Source: Oceanispirochaeta sp.
GTDB taxonomy: Bacteria > Spirochaetota > Spirochaetia > DSM-2461
Reading direction: 5' to 3'
DNA: 64,000 nucleotides
Assembly (NCBI GenBank): GCA_963666275.2
Contig: CAXXOA010000002.1
Span: forward strand, 1 to 64,000
Part shown: positions 16,435-27,074 of the stretch, one piece after another
Numbering within the stretch: position 1 is the stretch's first letter
Layout of the letters: each line of letters begins with the position of its first letter
The notes under the pieces: generated by a model
What the model saw: the letters and a program-made list of their open reading frames with translations, nothing else
What the model was told of the DNA's origin: nothing
Database searches by the model: none
Made by a program: the position numbers and the translations under genes

Positions 16435-16689
16435 TTAGACGTCTTTTCTATGCTTTACCTTTACAATTTCAATAGTAAGAATATTATCCATCAGTTCAAA
16501 TAGAACACGGAAATTCCCGACTCTTAATCTGTAGGAATTTTCAGAACCAACAAGTTTCTTAACTTTTGGATTCCGGGGATTATCAATAAGCCCCTCCACA
16601 GCTTGAAGGATAGCTATTCTATCTTTTCTCTCAAGGTTCCGAACTTCTTTTTTTGCTGAGTTCTTCCAAATGAGTTTATAGGAGGCCAT
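16435..16689 (-). CDS. relE: RelE/ParE family toxin
   Basis: KKLVGSENSYRLRVGNFRVLF...KHRKDV. Confidence 0.88.
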   Translation of the reverse strand: MASYKLIWKNSAKKEVRNLERKDRIAILQAVEGLIDNPRNPKVKKLVGSENSYRLRVGNFRVLFELMDNILTIEIVKVKHRKDV

Positions 16690-16873
16690 CAGATTTCAGC
16701 TCAGCAAGGAAGTCCTCATGAGAGGTTGTTGGTTCATCTCTTCTTTCGGCAATAACTGCCAGATCCTCGAGATCTTCCAGTAGTTCATAGAATTCCTGAA
16801 TAGGGAGTAGTACGGAAGTTTTTTTTCCCTGTTCATCCAATAAGAACTGGGGATGTAATTGTGCTTTTTCCAT
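16676..16873 (-). CDS. Antitoxin (RelB/DUF-type)
   Basis: DEQGKKTSVLLPIQEF..LLEDLEDL...RRDEP; overlaps relE. Confidence 0.78.
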   Translation of the reverse strand: MEKAQLHPQFLLDEQGKKTSVLLPIQEFYELLEDLEDLAVIAERRDEPTTSHEDFLAELKSDGLL

Positions 16874-17008
16874 AAAATTTATTCTAACAGAAATTGACCA
16901 TTCTTTCACCTCTGAAAGAACCCGATACTTGATCAATTATTTCATTAATCCAGTAATCCATCTCATATCAGTTCCACCTGGAAATATCTGATTCTACCTG
17001 AGTAAAGA

Positions 17009-17035
17009 AAAAAGGAGCCCGGTTGAGCTCCTTTT
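17009..17035. terminator. Intrinsic terminator after trpB
   Basis: AAAAAGGAGC-CCGGTTGA-GCTCCTTTT. Confidence 0.75.
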
Positions 17036-17058
17036 CGATGGAAAGTATTTCCCGGGAA

Positions 17059-18264
17059 TCAGTGAATCCCGTACTCCTTCCCGTATTTCTCCACTACAAA
17101 ATCGATATCCTTATCCCCTCTTCCGCTGAGGTTTACAAGGATGGACTGGCGGGGTTTCTCCTGAGCCAGCTTGCAGGCATAGCCTACGGCATGGGCGCTT
17201 TCCAGAGCAGGGATGATCCCTTCCAGTCTGCTCAGTTCAAAGAACGAATCCAGACAGTCCTTGTCGCTGGCGGTTACATAGTTGACCCTTCCCATATCTT
17301 TCAACATGGAGTGCTCGGGGCCGACTCCGGGATAGTCCAGTCCGCTGGCAATGGAATAGACAGGTGCGGGTTCGCCCTTTTCATCCTGCAGGTTGTAGCA
17401 TTTGAAGCCGTGGATCATACCGGGAACCCCTTTGGTCATGGTGGCCGCATGGTCTCCCAGGTTCAGTGAGCGGCCCGAAGGTTCCACGCCGTAGATTTCA
17501 CACTCCTGGTCTTCGATGAAGGCGGAAAAGATTCCCATGGCGTTGGAACCGCCGCCTACGCAGGCCACCACATTGTCAGGCTGTTCTCCGGTCATGTCAA
17601 AAAACTGCTCTTTTGCTTCCACACCCACAACCCTCTGAAAATCCCTCACCATCATGGGAAAGGGATGAGGACCGACAACGGAACCGATACAGTAGATAGT
17701 ATTCACAGGATCCTTCAGGTAGGCTTCGAAGGCCGAATCCACCGCTTCTTTCAGAGTTTTCAGACCATGGGTGACAGGAACAACTTCCGCACCCAGGATT
17801 TTCATCCTGACCACATTGGGATGTTCCTTGGCGATATCCACCTCGCCCATGTGAATTTCACACTCCAGACCGAAATAGGCGGCTGCGGTGGCCAGGGCCA
17901 CCCCGTGCTGACCCGCACCGGTTTCGGCGATGAGTTTCTTCTTTCCCAGGTATTTTGCCAGAAGGGCTTCCCCCATACAGTGGTTGAGTTTGTGGGCTCC
18001 CGTATGATTCAGATCCTCTCTTTTGAGATAGATCCTTCCTCCGTATTTTTCACTGAGACTTTTGGCATAATAGACAGGTGTGGGCCTGCCCTGAAAATGT
18101 TTCCTGATAGACCGCAGCTCCGTAATGAAGTCGTGGGATTTACTGATGGAAAAGTAGGCATCCGTGATCTTGTCCATTTCCGTCTGGAGCTGGGGCGGGA
18201 TGAAAGCTCCCCCGTACTCTCCGAAATTTCCCTTACTGTCCGGGTTGTTTTTAAAATATCCCAT
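17059..18264 (-). CDS. trpB: Tryptophan synthase beta chain
   Basis: [37 protein letters not shown]. Confidence 0.97.
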   Translation of the reverse strand: MGYFKNNPDSKGNFGEYGGAFIPPQLQTEMDKITDAYFSISKSHDFITELRSIRKHFQGRPTPVYYAKSLSEKYGGRIYLKREDLNHTGAHKLNHCMGEALLAKYLGKKKLIAETGAGQHGVALATAAAYFGLECEIHMGEVDIAKEHPNVVRMKILGAEVVPVTHGLKTLKEAVDSAFEAYLKDPVNTIYCIGSVVGPHPFPMMVRDFQRVVGVEAKEQFFDMTGEQPDNVVACVGGGSNAMGIFSAFIEDQECEIYGVEPSGRSLNLGDHAATMTKGVPGMIHGFKCYNLQDEKGEPAPVYSIASGLDYPGVGPEHSMLKDMGRVNYVTASDKDCLDSFFELSRLEGIIPALESAHAVGYACKLAQEKPRQSILVNLSGRGDKDIDFVVEKYGKEYGIH

Positions 18265-18478
18265 TGTATGTTCCTCTTTCTGGTGTATTTTTTTGACTTT
18301 ACGGAAACATTGTAACCGTTTCTATGCATAGAATCAACAAAAAATTTCAAATCATTATTTAGCTGATACCTCTGTTTCTCAGAGTCTGAAAGATCCGGAA
18401 GATTCCTCCCTGAAGACCTGTTAAAAATCCGGCTTTGTATTAAGATATCCTGTCGGGTATATAAGAAAGGAACATAAT

Positions 18479-19957
18479 GTGATCATATCTATTATCCAGC
18501 CCCCGGTGCGGGACTTCTACCAGACTCCTCATCGTCATGCGGCCCTGGGAGCCAACACGGTAGGAAAGATCCTGGAGCAGGGGGGACATGAGGTTCATCT
18601 CTACAATTTCCCATTCGGGGGAAAAGTTGTCAGTACACCTCCCCTTCCCCGGGAGCTCTCCTATTTAAAGCCCTTTCTGATTCCCGGAGAAACCGGGCCG
18701 GTCAGCTGGTTCACCCAGCGAAAGCACTTCGGCCCTACTTTTGAAGAGTGCGCCCGTATCTGCTTGAAGGATCATCCTGATCTGGTGATGATCAGCTGTT
18801 TTGCCTGGGGTTACGCGGAAGAGTCCCGGCAGACAGCCCTCGCTATAAAAGAACAATCTCCCGGAACCCCCATTGAAATCGGAGGAGCCGGAGTCTCGGT
18901 CAATCCGGGGTGGTTTGAAAGTACCGGCCTTTTTTCCCGGATTCGGACAGGTCCGGCGGAAGAGAATCTGAAAGACTTTCCCGGGGTATCCGCATCCCTG
19001 CCTGCGATAACGCCAGTCATACAGGAAACTCCCCGATTCAGGGGAAGGCCCCAGTATGCGGCCATGCTGACCCGGGGCTGTCCGGCCCGGTGCTCCTTCT
19101 GCGCCAACTACCTGACCCTGGGCCGGGAATTCCGGAAAGTCCCTTCCCGGGAGATCCTTGATCTTCTGGAAAAGACGGGAGAGAGGGCCTTTCATCTGAA
19201 CCTGGAAGATGACAATCTGCTGTCGGACAAAGAGTATTTTCTTTCCTTTCTGGAGGAGTTTCATAACCGGTTTCCCGAAGCCACCCTGTCGGCGGAAAAC
19301 GGGCTGGACTATCAGAAGCTGACGATTTCTCTGGCGGATATACTGATAGAACAGGGATTTACAAGGTTCAATCTTTCCATGGCTTCCTCAGACAGCCGGA
19401 TCCTGGCTGCCCAGAAACGGAGCAGCCGGCTGGACCATCTCACGGCACTTCTGCACCATCTCGCAGAGAAGGGAATACCTGCCGTTACCTACTTTATTGC
19501 GGGCCTTCCCGGAGATACGGTGGAATCGGTGCTGGCTAATCTTGTATTTCTGTCCCGGGTTCCCACAGAGATAGGAATATCTCCCTTTTATGCCGTACCA
19601 GGCCTGCCGGGGTTTGAGCATCCCGGAACAAACGGCCTTCCCGGCTCCCCGGTTCTTTACTGCGGCTCCTCGGTCTATCCCTGGAACGGGAACCTCACCA
19701 CGGCCCAGCTGATCTCAGCCTTCCGGCTCAGCCGTCTGACAAATCTCATAAAACTTATGAGCATAACTCCGGCAAGGGACGCAGATCTGCGTCCCCCACA
19801 TTCTCCTGAGGAAAAACTCCATAAAGATCTGATCGGCAATATCTTTCAGTCCCGCAGACTCCATTCCATTACCGGAAAGGGGAAAAACCGGCAGTTGATC
19901 CCGGTGCCCCATATGGATGATGAGATGGTAGAGCGATTTTTACAGGAGATAGCGTAG
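18479..19957 (+). CDS. B12-binding domain radical SAM protein
   Basis: TRGCPARCSFC, EDDNL, N-terminal IGGAG region. Confidence 0.85.
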   Translation: MIISIIQPPVRDFYQTPHRHAALGANTVGKILEQGGHEVHLYNFPFGGKVVSTPPLPRELSYLKPFLIPGETGPVSWFTQRKHFGPTFEECARICLKDHPDLVMISCFAWGYAEESRQTALAIKEQSPGTPIEIGGAGVSVNPGWFESTGLFSRIRTGPAEENLKDFPGVSASLPAITPVIQETPRFRGRPQYAAMLTRGCPARCSFCANYLTLGREFRKVPSREILDLLEKTGERAFHLNLEDDNLLSDKEYFLSFLEEFHNRFPEATLSAENGLDYQKLTISLADILIEQGFTRFNLSMASSDSRILAAQKRSSRLDHLTALLHHLAEKGIPAVTYFIAGLPGDTVESVLANLVFLSRVPTEIGISPFYAVPGLPGFEHPGTNGLPGSPVLYCGSSVYPWNGNLTTAQLISAFRLSRLTNLIKLMSITPARDADLRPPHSPEEKLHKDLIGNIFQSRRLHSITGKGKNRQLIPVPHMDDEMVERFLQEIA

Positions 19958-19994
19958 GGGACGCCGGTCTGCATCCCCCGCTGATCCTACGGAT

Positions 19995-21035
19995 CTACTG
20001 GCCGGCGAAGCTGTCGAAATAGCGCTCCAGATCGCCGATGAACTTTTTCTGAAGCATCTCTTCCATAGAACGGTATCCTTTGGACACAGCCGCATCACGG
20101 GAAATTCCGGTTTCCCGTTTCTGCTCCTCCATGGTGACGACCACTTTACCCGACTGATCCCGCATTTCCATATAGAGGGTCCAGCGGATATTTTCGTAAC
20201 CGTTATCCAGATTGGCGTCTTCCATGGAGGCCTGACCGGACACGGAAAGGGGGGCATCCGTTTCGGACAGGGAAAATCCCCGTCCTGTAAGGACCTGGGA
20301 AACCATGTCGCTCAATCTTCCCTCCGGATCACCTGCAATGCTGACTGAAAAGGCCATCAGTGAGGCTGTATCCGAATAGAGACTGTAGAGCGTATCAGGC
20401 TGATAATCCAGCATGATCGACCGTCCCGAAGGGGCATGAATGATATCCAGCTGATCCAGCATCATCCTGGTATTCTGATCCATCACGACAGCCGCATCCA
20501 GAAATCCGAACTGTTTCAGAAGATCACTCTGCCGGGAGGATTCGGAAATAAAATTCGCTGTCCGCTGGCTGTCGTCCTGGATCCTTTTTCTGTAAATCTG
20601 AGCGGTCTCCATGCGGTCTATATAGGCCACCACATAGGTCCGCCCCATATCGTCGGTCCAGGATTCACCGAAATGGACATTGATTAGGGTTTCATCAGAA
20701 AGCTGGGTAATTGTATCATCCACAGTAGTTTCCATGCTGGCGCCCTGACTGTTCCTGCCGTCGGAAAGTTCCATATACCTGGTGCGGACTGTACTGTCCA
20801 CTTTTACGGTTGTCCGAAAGATCTGACTGAGCGACATAAGGCCGTTCTGTTTCGCATCTTTCAGGGAGGTTCCCTCTCCTATCTCAACCAGATACTCACT
20901 TTCAGGATACACACTGTGTTTGTCATCCACCCAACCGGGCCGCCGCCCCCCGGAGGTACTGTTTCCCCCGGTGGCACAGGATGCCAGTATCAGTACTGCC
21001 GCTGCCATCAGGGACAGGGCTGTTATTCGTCTCAT
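19995..21035 (-). CDS. LPP20-like lipoprotein
   Basis: Lipobox LASC, RPGWV, YLVEIGEG. Confidence 0.7.
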   Translation of the reverse strand: MRRITALSLMAAAVLILASCATGGNSTSGGRRPGWVDDKHSVYPESEYLVEIGEGTSLKDAKQNGLMSLSQIFRTTVKVDSTVRTRYMELSDGRNSQGASMETTVDDTITQLSDETLINVHFGESWTDDMGRTYVVAYIDRMETAQIYRKRIQDDSQRTANFISESSRQSDLLKQFGFLDAAVVMDQNTRMMLDQLDIIHAPSGRSIMLDYQPDTLYSLYSDTASLMAFSVSIAGDPEGRLSDMVSQVLTGRGFSLSETDAPLSVSGQASMEDANLDNGYENIRWTLYMEMRDQSGKVVVTMEEQKRETGISRDAAVSKGYRSMEEMLQKKFIGDLERYFDSFAGQ

Positions 21036-21103
21036 AAAAAACTCCTCGTAAGGGGATAATTCTCTTTCATACCTGTAACAATAGACACTGCCGGATCTGC
21101 TCT

Positions 21104-22513
21104 TTATTCAAGGACAAAAGACTCGACAAGTTCCAGCTCTCCCGGTGCAACCTTTACAAGGCCTACATTATCCCTGTAAATCAACTGGGAACCGCTGTAA
21201 TACTCCAGCTGCACCGTGTGATTTCCCGGTCTGACAGGAACATCCAGGGCATGGGCATAGGCGGGAAAGTAGCGGGAGATCCTGAGGTCTGCATTTTCCG
21301 TGGCATCCACAGCCACATCGGCGGCAATCCCGATCAGAGCGCCCGCCAGCATACCACCCACGGACCCGTCCAGCTGATCTTTCACAGCCTCCTTCCCCGT
21401 TTCTTTAAGAACGCCCTTGGCAACGGTCCTCAGAATCGCCTTTCCCACCACAAGGGGCTGTTTCAGAAGGAAGATCTCCTGGGCGATGGTCTCCATATCC
21501 TCAAAAAGAGGGACCTGCGTCATGGACACTCCGTCAATGATCAGTTCTATCCGGTCAATCCGACTCCCCTGCAGGTCCATCCGGGGGTACTGAAACTTGA
21601 AGTGATGGCCCGGAGTCATGCCCGGCATAAACAGGAAGTTGAATCCCATGATCCGGTTCACATAGTCGTCGTCCTGACTGACCGAAGTGATGAAAACCAT
21701 GCTGTTGCCCGTATCCAGATAGAAAGTTTCCGCCATTTTGCGGGGGGATATACCAGTGAAAGCCATGACGCTTATGTGTCCGACTCCCTCCTGCGACTGA
21801 TTGTCAGGCAGAGGGGGCAGGGCAAAATCATAGAGCTGGCTCTGTTCGTTGTAGGCCTCCCGGATCTCCTGCAGTTCGATCCGGGCATCATCGAAAGAAC
21901 CTTCTGCCCGATACAGCAGAAGCCCCAGAAACCGGGCCAGAGCGGAGTTGTAGAACCGGATCTCTCTCGGCTCCAGCTTTCCTTCCGCAGAATCCGACTC
22001 ATTGTACTCTTCTATGAGCTGTCTGTACTTGTCTTCCAGAAGGTTCAGTTTGATATGGACCCGGCGGATCTCTACCAGAGCGCTTTCATTGTTCCCCAGA
22101 GCGATAAAATTGAGGGCTTTGAAAATATTCAGATAGATATTCTCATAATCCTCGCCCGAATAGTCCAGGGCATTGTCATTGAGGACACCCGAGGTCACGG
22201 ATTTGGAAATACTCTTTGTATAGAGTTCCTCAATTCCTCTCTCCGCTTCGCTCAGAGCCTGGTTGCTCTTTTCATACTCTCTGGCATAGTGATAGAGCAT
22301 TCCCAGATCCAGATAGTAGAGAACCCGGTCCTTCTGTTTGTAGTAAACCTCTCTGCTGTCCTCAATGACCTGTCCTGCCGCCGCGAAATTTCTGTTTTCC
22401 ACAAATTCCTGGGCATCCATATACTGAGACTGCTGGGTAACCGTGCTGGCGCAGGAGAATAAGAGAAACAGAAGCCCTGCGCCTGCAATAAAACGTATAT
22501 GTATCTTTACCAT
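21104..22513 (-). CDS. TPR-like lipoprotein (COG3014-like)
   Basis: Lipobox LFSC, DRVLYYLDLG, YSGEDYE, ADLR; adjacent to lpoB. Confidence 0.75.
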   Translation of the reverse strand: MVKIHIRFIAGAGLLFLLFSCASTVTQQSQYMDAQEFVENRNFAAAGQVIEDSREVYYKQKDRVLYYLDLGMLYHYAREYEKSNQALSEAERGIEELYTKSISKSVTSGVLNDNALDYSGEDYENIYLNIFKALNFIALGNNESALVEIRRVHIKLNLLEDKYRQLIEEYNESDSAEGKLEPREIRFYNSALARFLGLLLYRAEGSFDDARIELQEIREAYNEQSQLYDFALPPLPDNQSQEGVGHISVMAFTGISPRKMAETFYLDTGNSMVFITSVSQDDDYVNRIMGFNFLFMPGMTPGHHFKFQYPRMDLQGSRIDRIELIIDGVSMTQVPLFEDMETIAQEIFLLKQPLVVGKAILRTVAKGVLKETGKEAVKDQLDGSVGGMLAGALIGIAADVAVDATENADLRISRYFPAYAHALDVPVRPGNHTVQLEYYSGSQLIYRDNVGLVKVAPGELELVESFVLE

Positions 22514-23106
22514 GAGGCCTTTGACTGTTTAATATCCTTCTTCACTTTAAATCCATTGAGCCAGACTTTCTCATTCGTTTCCAGGTCAATCAGCTCCATA
22601 TCTACATTATAGGTAACAACCCGGCGGCCTTCGATGGCATCGGTAATGGATGTGATGACTCCCTGGAGCATAAAATCCGCACCGGTTTCCGCAGCCAGGG
22701 CCGACATGGTATTCTCAGTGGCATTGGACTGCTGGTCCTCCCTTTCCGCCCGGATTTCCTGCCGTTCCGCACTGCTGGCAACAAATCTTACTTTGCCGCT
22801 GTTAATAAGTTCCCTTTCAATATCTTTCACAAACGTAGCGGTTTCAATATGTTCGGAACTTTTATTCCGGACAGATCCGACGATTACAACAGGTTTCCCC
22901 CCTTCATTCATCATGAAATCATCCAGCCAGGGGCGGCTGAGAACATCGGCAACCATATCTTCTGCGGTCAGACGGGAATCCGTATCATTCCAGCGGCCGC
23001 TCAGATCAATGACTTCATCAGTGGAAGTCCTTTGTACAGAGGTAGAAGCACAGCCTGTCAGAACAAGAATGACAGCAAGAAACATCAAAACCCATTTATT
23101 TTTCAT
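22507..23106 (-). CDS. lpoB: Penicillin-binding protein activator LpoB family lipoprotein
   Basis: LTGC lipobox, DLSGRWNDTD, NKSSEHI, GADFML. Confidence 0.82.
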   Translation of the reverse strand: MKNKWVLMFLAVILVLTGCASTSVQRTSTDEVIDLSGRWNDTDSRLTAEDMVADVLSRPWLDDFMMNEGGKPVVIVGSVRNKSSEHIETATFVKDIERELINSGKVRFVASSAERQEIRAEREDQQSNATENTMSALAAETGADFMLQGVITSITDAIEGRRVVTYNVDMELIDLETNEKVWLNGFKVKKDIKQSKASW

Positions 23107-23364
23107 TTTACGTTAACTCCTTGATTTCCACAGAATATACTGTTTGAATTACTTTATATTGTAATCCATAATCCAACAATATCCACCCGGATTTTCCTCT
23201 AATTCATATCCCTTGCGCAATGGTTTCACCTCTTGCATAAAAGGTTGTCATATCTGATAATCCCTTTAACGATTATAGAGGTAAATTCTGTCATTGAATA
23301 ATGATAAAAAAATAACTAATAGGGATCCCAAGGAATCCCTCCAGCAATTTAGGAGTGTTTAGAT

Positions 23365-24684
23365 ATGAGCCAGAATGAAAGATTTGGAATTGCCCTGGTG
23401 GGCTGCGGAGTCGTAGGAGGCGGAACAGCGACCCTACTGACCCGGGACCAGGACTTTCTGCAGGAGAGAACAGGTCTCCCCCTGGTACTGAAATATATTG
23501 TGGAAAGGGATTTTTCCAATGCCAGAGCCCTTGGTATTGACGAGAATCTTTTTGAAGAAGATTACAACAAAGTACTGGCGGATCCGGAAGTGAAAGTCGT
23601 TATCGAACTGATCGGAGGGCTGACTGTTGCCAAGAAAATGATGACCAAAGCCCTGGAAGCGGGAAAGCATGTTGTCACAGCCAACAAAGCCCTTCTGGCC
23701 CACTACGGACCGGAACTCTTCGCCCTGGCCAGAGCCAACGGCGTCTCCATCGGTTTCGAGGCCAGCTGCGGCGGAGGAATCCCCATTATAAAAGCCCTGA
23801 CCGATGGTCTTCTGGCAAACAGGATCGAAGCCCTGTTCGGGATCGTCAACGGAACCTGTAACCATATCCTCACGGAGATGACCGAAAAAGGTCAGAGCTA
23901 CAAAGAAGCCCTTGCTTCCGCTCAGGCCGCCGGTCTGGCTGAAGCCGACCCCACCCTGGATGTAACCGGTATGGATTCAGCCCACAAAATCACAATTATG
24001 GGATCCATTGCCTATGGCGAGAAAGTCAGTCTGGATTCTGTTCCTGTCCAGGGTATTGATAAAATAGACCTGTACGATATCAAAACCGGCCAGGATCTGG
24101 GCTATATCATGAAACTCCTGGCCATTGCCAGAAAGACAGAAAAGGGTCTGGCCCTGAGTGTCTCCCCTGCGTTTCTGCACAAGGACCATCCCCTGGCACG
24201 GATCAGCGGAGCCTTCAATGCGGTCAGTGTCTACGGCCATGCCGTGGGACATACCATGTATATGGGAAGAGGCGCCGGAAGCTCCCCCACCGCATCAGCG
24301 GTTGTAGCGGATATCATTGCCATTGCCCTGGGTATAACAGACAGCGCCTTCAACCAGCTCTCCTTCTGGTCTGATCTGACAGAAGATGCGGTTCAGCTGA
24401 AGCCGGAAGAACTTGTAAGCCGTTACTATCTGCGTTTTATGGTTCAGGATCAGCCCGGCACTGTGGCCAGGATAACCGGAATCCTCAGCAGAAACTCCAT
24501 AAGCATTACCTCTCTCCTTCAGCAGGAGGAGAAAAAAGATACCATTCCCCTGGTGATGACAACCCACGAGGCCAAAGCCGGGGATATAGAGAATGCTCTG
24601 AAAGAGATATCCGGCCTCAGTGAGCTGGTGGGAACACCCGTATCACTCAGGATAGTAGAAGAACATCCAGAATCGGTGGTCTGA
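23365..24684 (+). CDS. hom: Homoserine dehydrogenase with ACT domain
   Basis: GCGVVGG, VVTANKA, EASCGGGIP, GIVNGTCN. Confidence 0.96.
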   Translation: MSQNERFGIALVGCGVVGGGTATLLTRDQDFLQERTGLPLVLKYIVERDFSNARALGIDENLFEEDYNKVLADPEVKVVIELIGGLTVAKKMMTKALEAGKHVVTANKALLAHYGPELFALARANGVSIGFEASCGGGIPIIKALTDGLLANRIEALFGIVNGTCNHILTEMTEKGQSYKEALASAQAAGLAEADPTLDVTGMDSAHKITIMGSIAYGEKVSLDSVPVQGIDKIDLYDIKTGQDLGYIMKLLAIARKTEKGLALSVSPAFLHKDHPLARISGAFNAVSVYGHAVGHTMYMGRGAGSSPTASAVVADIIAIALGITDSAFNQLSFWSDLTEDAVQLKPEELVSRYYLRFMVQDQPGTVARITGILSRNSISITSLLQQEEKKDTIPLVMTTHEAKAGDIENALKEISGLSELVGTPVSLRIVEEHPESVV

Positions 24685-27074
24685 TGAAAGAAATATTTCT
24701 GAAGAAACTGGAAAACCAGTTAGGGTTGACCCGTTCTGACCCCACTTCCTTTATGTTTGTCAAAGCTCTGGCGGAGACAGCATCGGAACTGATCAGGACG
24801 GAGTGGAATGGTACGGAAAAAACAATCCGGGAGGAGAAACTCCGCCGGGTGTACTACTTTTCCGCAGAGTTTCTTACAGGACGATCCCTCCGGATGAACC
24901 TCATGAACATGGGATTATGGGAGAGTGCGGGGGAACTGGCGGCTTCCTATGGTTTCGACCTTTTGGAGCTGCTGGAAGAGGAGCCCGATTCAGGACTCGG
25001 CAACGGAGGGCTGGGACGTCTGGCCTCCTGCTTCCTGGATTCTCTGGCTTCGCTGAAACTGCCCGCCATGGGCTACGGTATCCGCTACCGTTACGGTCTG
25101 TTTTCCCAGGCTATAGAAGAGAGCCGGCAGAGGGAAAAACCCGATGCCTGGGTTGATAAAGGGGACTTCTGGGGGGTGGAACGCCCGGATGATTTCCGTA
25201 AGATCTATATAGGCGGCCATGTCCATATGAGCCAGGACCAGAAGGGAAAACTCCAGTTCCGGATCGATCCCTCGGAGGTGATCCATGCCTATCCTTTCGA
25301 CTACCCTATTACAGGAGCCGACGGAAAAAACATTGGTACCATGAGACTCTGGGAAGCCAGGTCTCCCCAGGGATTCAATCTGGACCTTTTCAACAGAGAG
25401 GAACATATTCCCGCCTGGAGCGATGATGATCAGGCAAGGAGCCTTTCCGCTGTCCTCTATCCGACAGATCAGGGGGTCAAGGGAAAACACCTGAGGCTGA
25501 AACAGCAGTATTTCTTTGTCAGTGCCTCCCTTCAGGATATGACGGAACGGTTTAGGAGAGACTTTGCCGGGGACTGGCAGAAGTTTCCGGAACAGCACGT
25601 GATTCAGCTCAACGACACCCACCCGGTACTGGCCATTCCCGAACTGATGCGTCTGCTTATGGACCGGGAGGGACTGCCCTGGGAAACCGCCTGGGATATC
25701 TGTACCCGGACCTTCGCCTATACCAACCATACCGTCCTTTCGGAAGCCCTGGAAACCTGGCCGGTGACGTTTATCCATGACCTGTTCCCCAGGATCGCCA
25801 TGATCATTGAGGAGATCCACAAAAGGCTTGAAAATGATCTCTCCGCCCGGGAGAACGGGAATTCCTATAGAATCATCCGTAACGGACTGATTCACATGGC
25901 CCCTCTGGCCATCTACGGATCAAAATCCGTCAACGGAGTGGCAGCTCTCCACACGGAGATACTCAAAGACTCTGTTCTGAAAGACTGGTATGCGGTCTAT
26001 CCTGACAAGTTCAACAATAAAACCAACGGAATAACCCACAGACGCTGGCTGATCCATTCCAATCCGGACCTGACGGCTCTTATCGACAGGGGAATCGGAA
26101 AAGAGTGGCACGGGAACCCGGAAATGCTTTCAAAACTGGCAGACCTTTCGGGAGATTCGGCCTTTCTGGAGGAGCTTAAAAATATCAAGGACAGGAACAA
26201 GGAGAAATTCAGCAGGTATCTGAAAAAGGAAACCTCCATTGAAACAGACCCTTCCTCCCTCTTTGACTTTCAGGTCAAGAGGATCCATGAGTACAAAAGG
26301 CAGCTTCTGAATATTCTGAATATTGCCGGACGCTACCTGGATATGAAAGATTTTCCCGGCCGGGAGATTCAGCCCAGAACTTTTTTCATCGGGGGAAAAG
26401 CCGCTCCCGGCTATTTCATCGCCAAAGAGATTATTTTCATGGCAAACCGGGTAGGAGAAACCCTGAGGAAGGATCCTCTGTGCAAGGGAAAACTCCAGCT
26501 TGTCTTCCTTCCCAACTACAGGGTGTCCATGGCGGAGAAGATCTTTCCCGCCGCTGAAATTTCCCAGCAGATATCCACAGCGGGAAAGGAAGCCTCCGGT
26601 ACCGGAAACATGAAATTTATGATGAACGGTGCTCTGACGATGGGAACCCTGGACGGAGCCAATATTGAAATTTTTGAAAAAGCCGGGAAGGAGAACAACT
26701 ATCCCTTCGGACTGGATACGCCGGGTGTGATTGAAGCGAGGTCAAACTACAGTCCCGGAGAGTTCCTGAGCCGGAACGCCGGTGCAGCCCGGATCCTCGA
26801 AGCTTTTGAGAAAGGAGTGTTCGGCCCACCAGAAGACTTTGCTCCCCTGCTCGGTCATATACGGCATAACGACGAGTATCTTGTACTGCCGGAGCTGGAA
26901 GCCCACAGGGCCGCTCTGGAAGCTACCGACCGTGGCTATGCCGATACCATGTCCTGGCAGAAGAAGAGCCTTCTGAACATAGCCGGTTCGGGATACTTCT
27001 CTTCAGACAGAACAATTGGAGACTATAACAGGGATATCTGGCATCTGTCTCCTCTGGGGTCATCCCCTAAATAG
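24684..27074 (+). CDS. glgP: Glycogen/maltodextrin phosphorylase
   Basis: GLGNGGLGRLA, QLNDTHP, KRIHEYKRQ, EASGTGNMK. Confidence 0.95.
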   Translation: MKEIFLKKLENQLGLTRSDPTSFMFVKALAETASELIRTEWNGTEKTIREEKLRRVYYFSAEFLTGRSLRMNLMNMGLWESAGELAASYGFDLLELLEEEPDSGLGNGGLGRLASCFLDSLASLKLPAMGYGIRYRYGLFSQAIEESRQREKPDAWVDKGDFWGVERPDDFRKIYIGGHVHMSQDQKGKLQFRIDPSEVIHAYPFDYPITGADGKNIGTMRLWEARSPQGFNLDLFNREEHIPAWSDDDQARSLSAVLYPTDQGVKGKHLRLKQQYFFVSASLQDMTERFRRDFAGDWQKFPEQHVIQLNDTHPVLAIPELMRLLMDREGLPWETAWDICTRTFAYTNHTVLSEALETWPVTFIHDLFPRIAMIIEEIHKRLENDLSARENGNSYRIIRNGLIHMAPLAIYGSKSVNGVAALHTEILKDSVLKDWYAVYPDKFNNKTNGITHRRWLIHSNPDLTALIDRGIGKEWHGNPEMLSKLADLSGDSAFLEELKNIKDRNKEKFSRYLKKETSIETDPSSLFDFQVKRIHEYKRQLLNILNIAGRYLDMKDFPGREIQPRTFFIGGKAAPGYFIAKEIIFMANRVGETLRKDPLCKGKLQLVFLPNYRVSMAEKIFPAAEISQQISTAGKEASGTGNMKFMMNGALTMGTLDGANIEIFEKAGKENNYPFGLDTPGVIEARSNYSPGEFLSRNAGAARILEAFEKGVFGPPEDFAPLLGHIRHNDEYLVLPELEAHRAALEATDRGYADTMSWQKKSLLNIAGSGYFSSDRTIGDYNRDIWHLSPLGSSPK

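Noticed and set aside
21218..22462. 414-aa plus-strand ORF
   Set aside because: Antisense shadow of the lipoprotein gene; the same applies to 24990-25895, 53790-54875 and similar overlapping ORFs.
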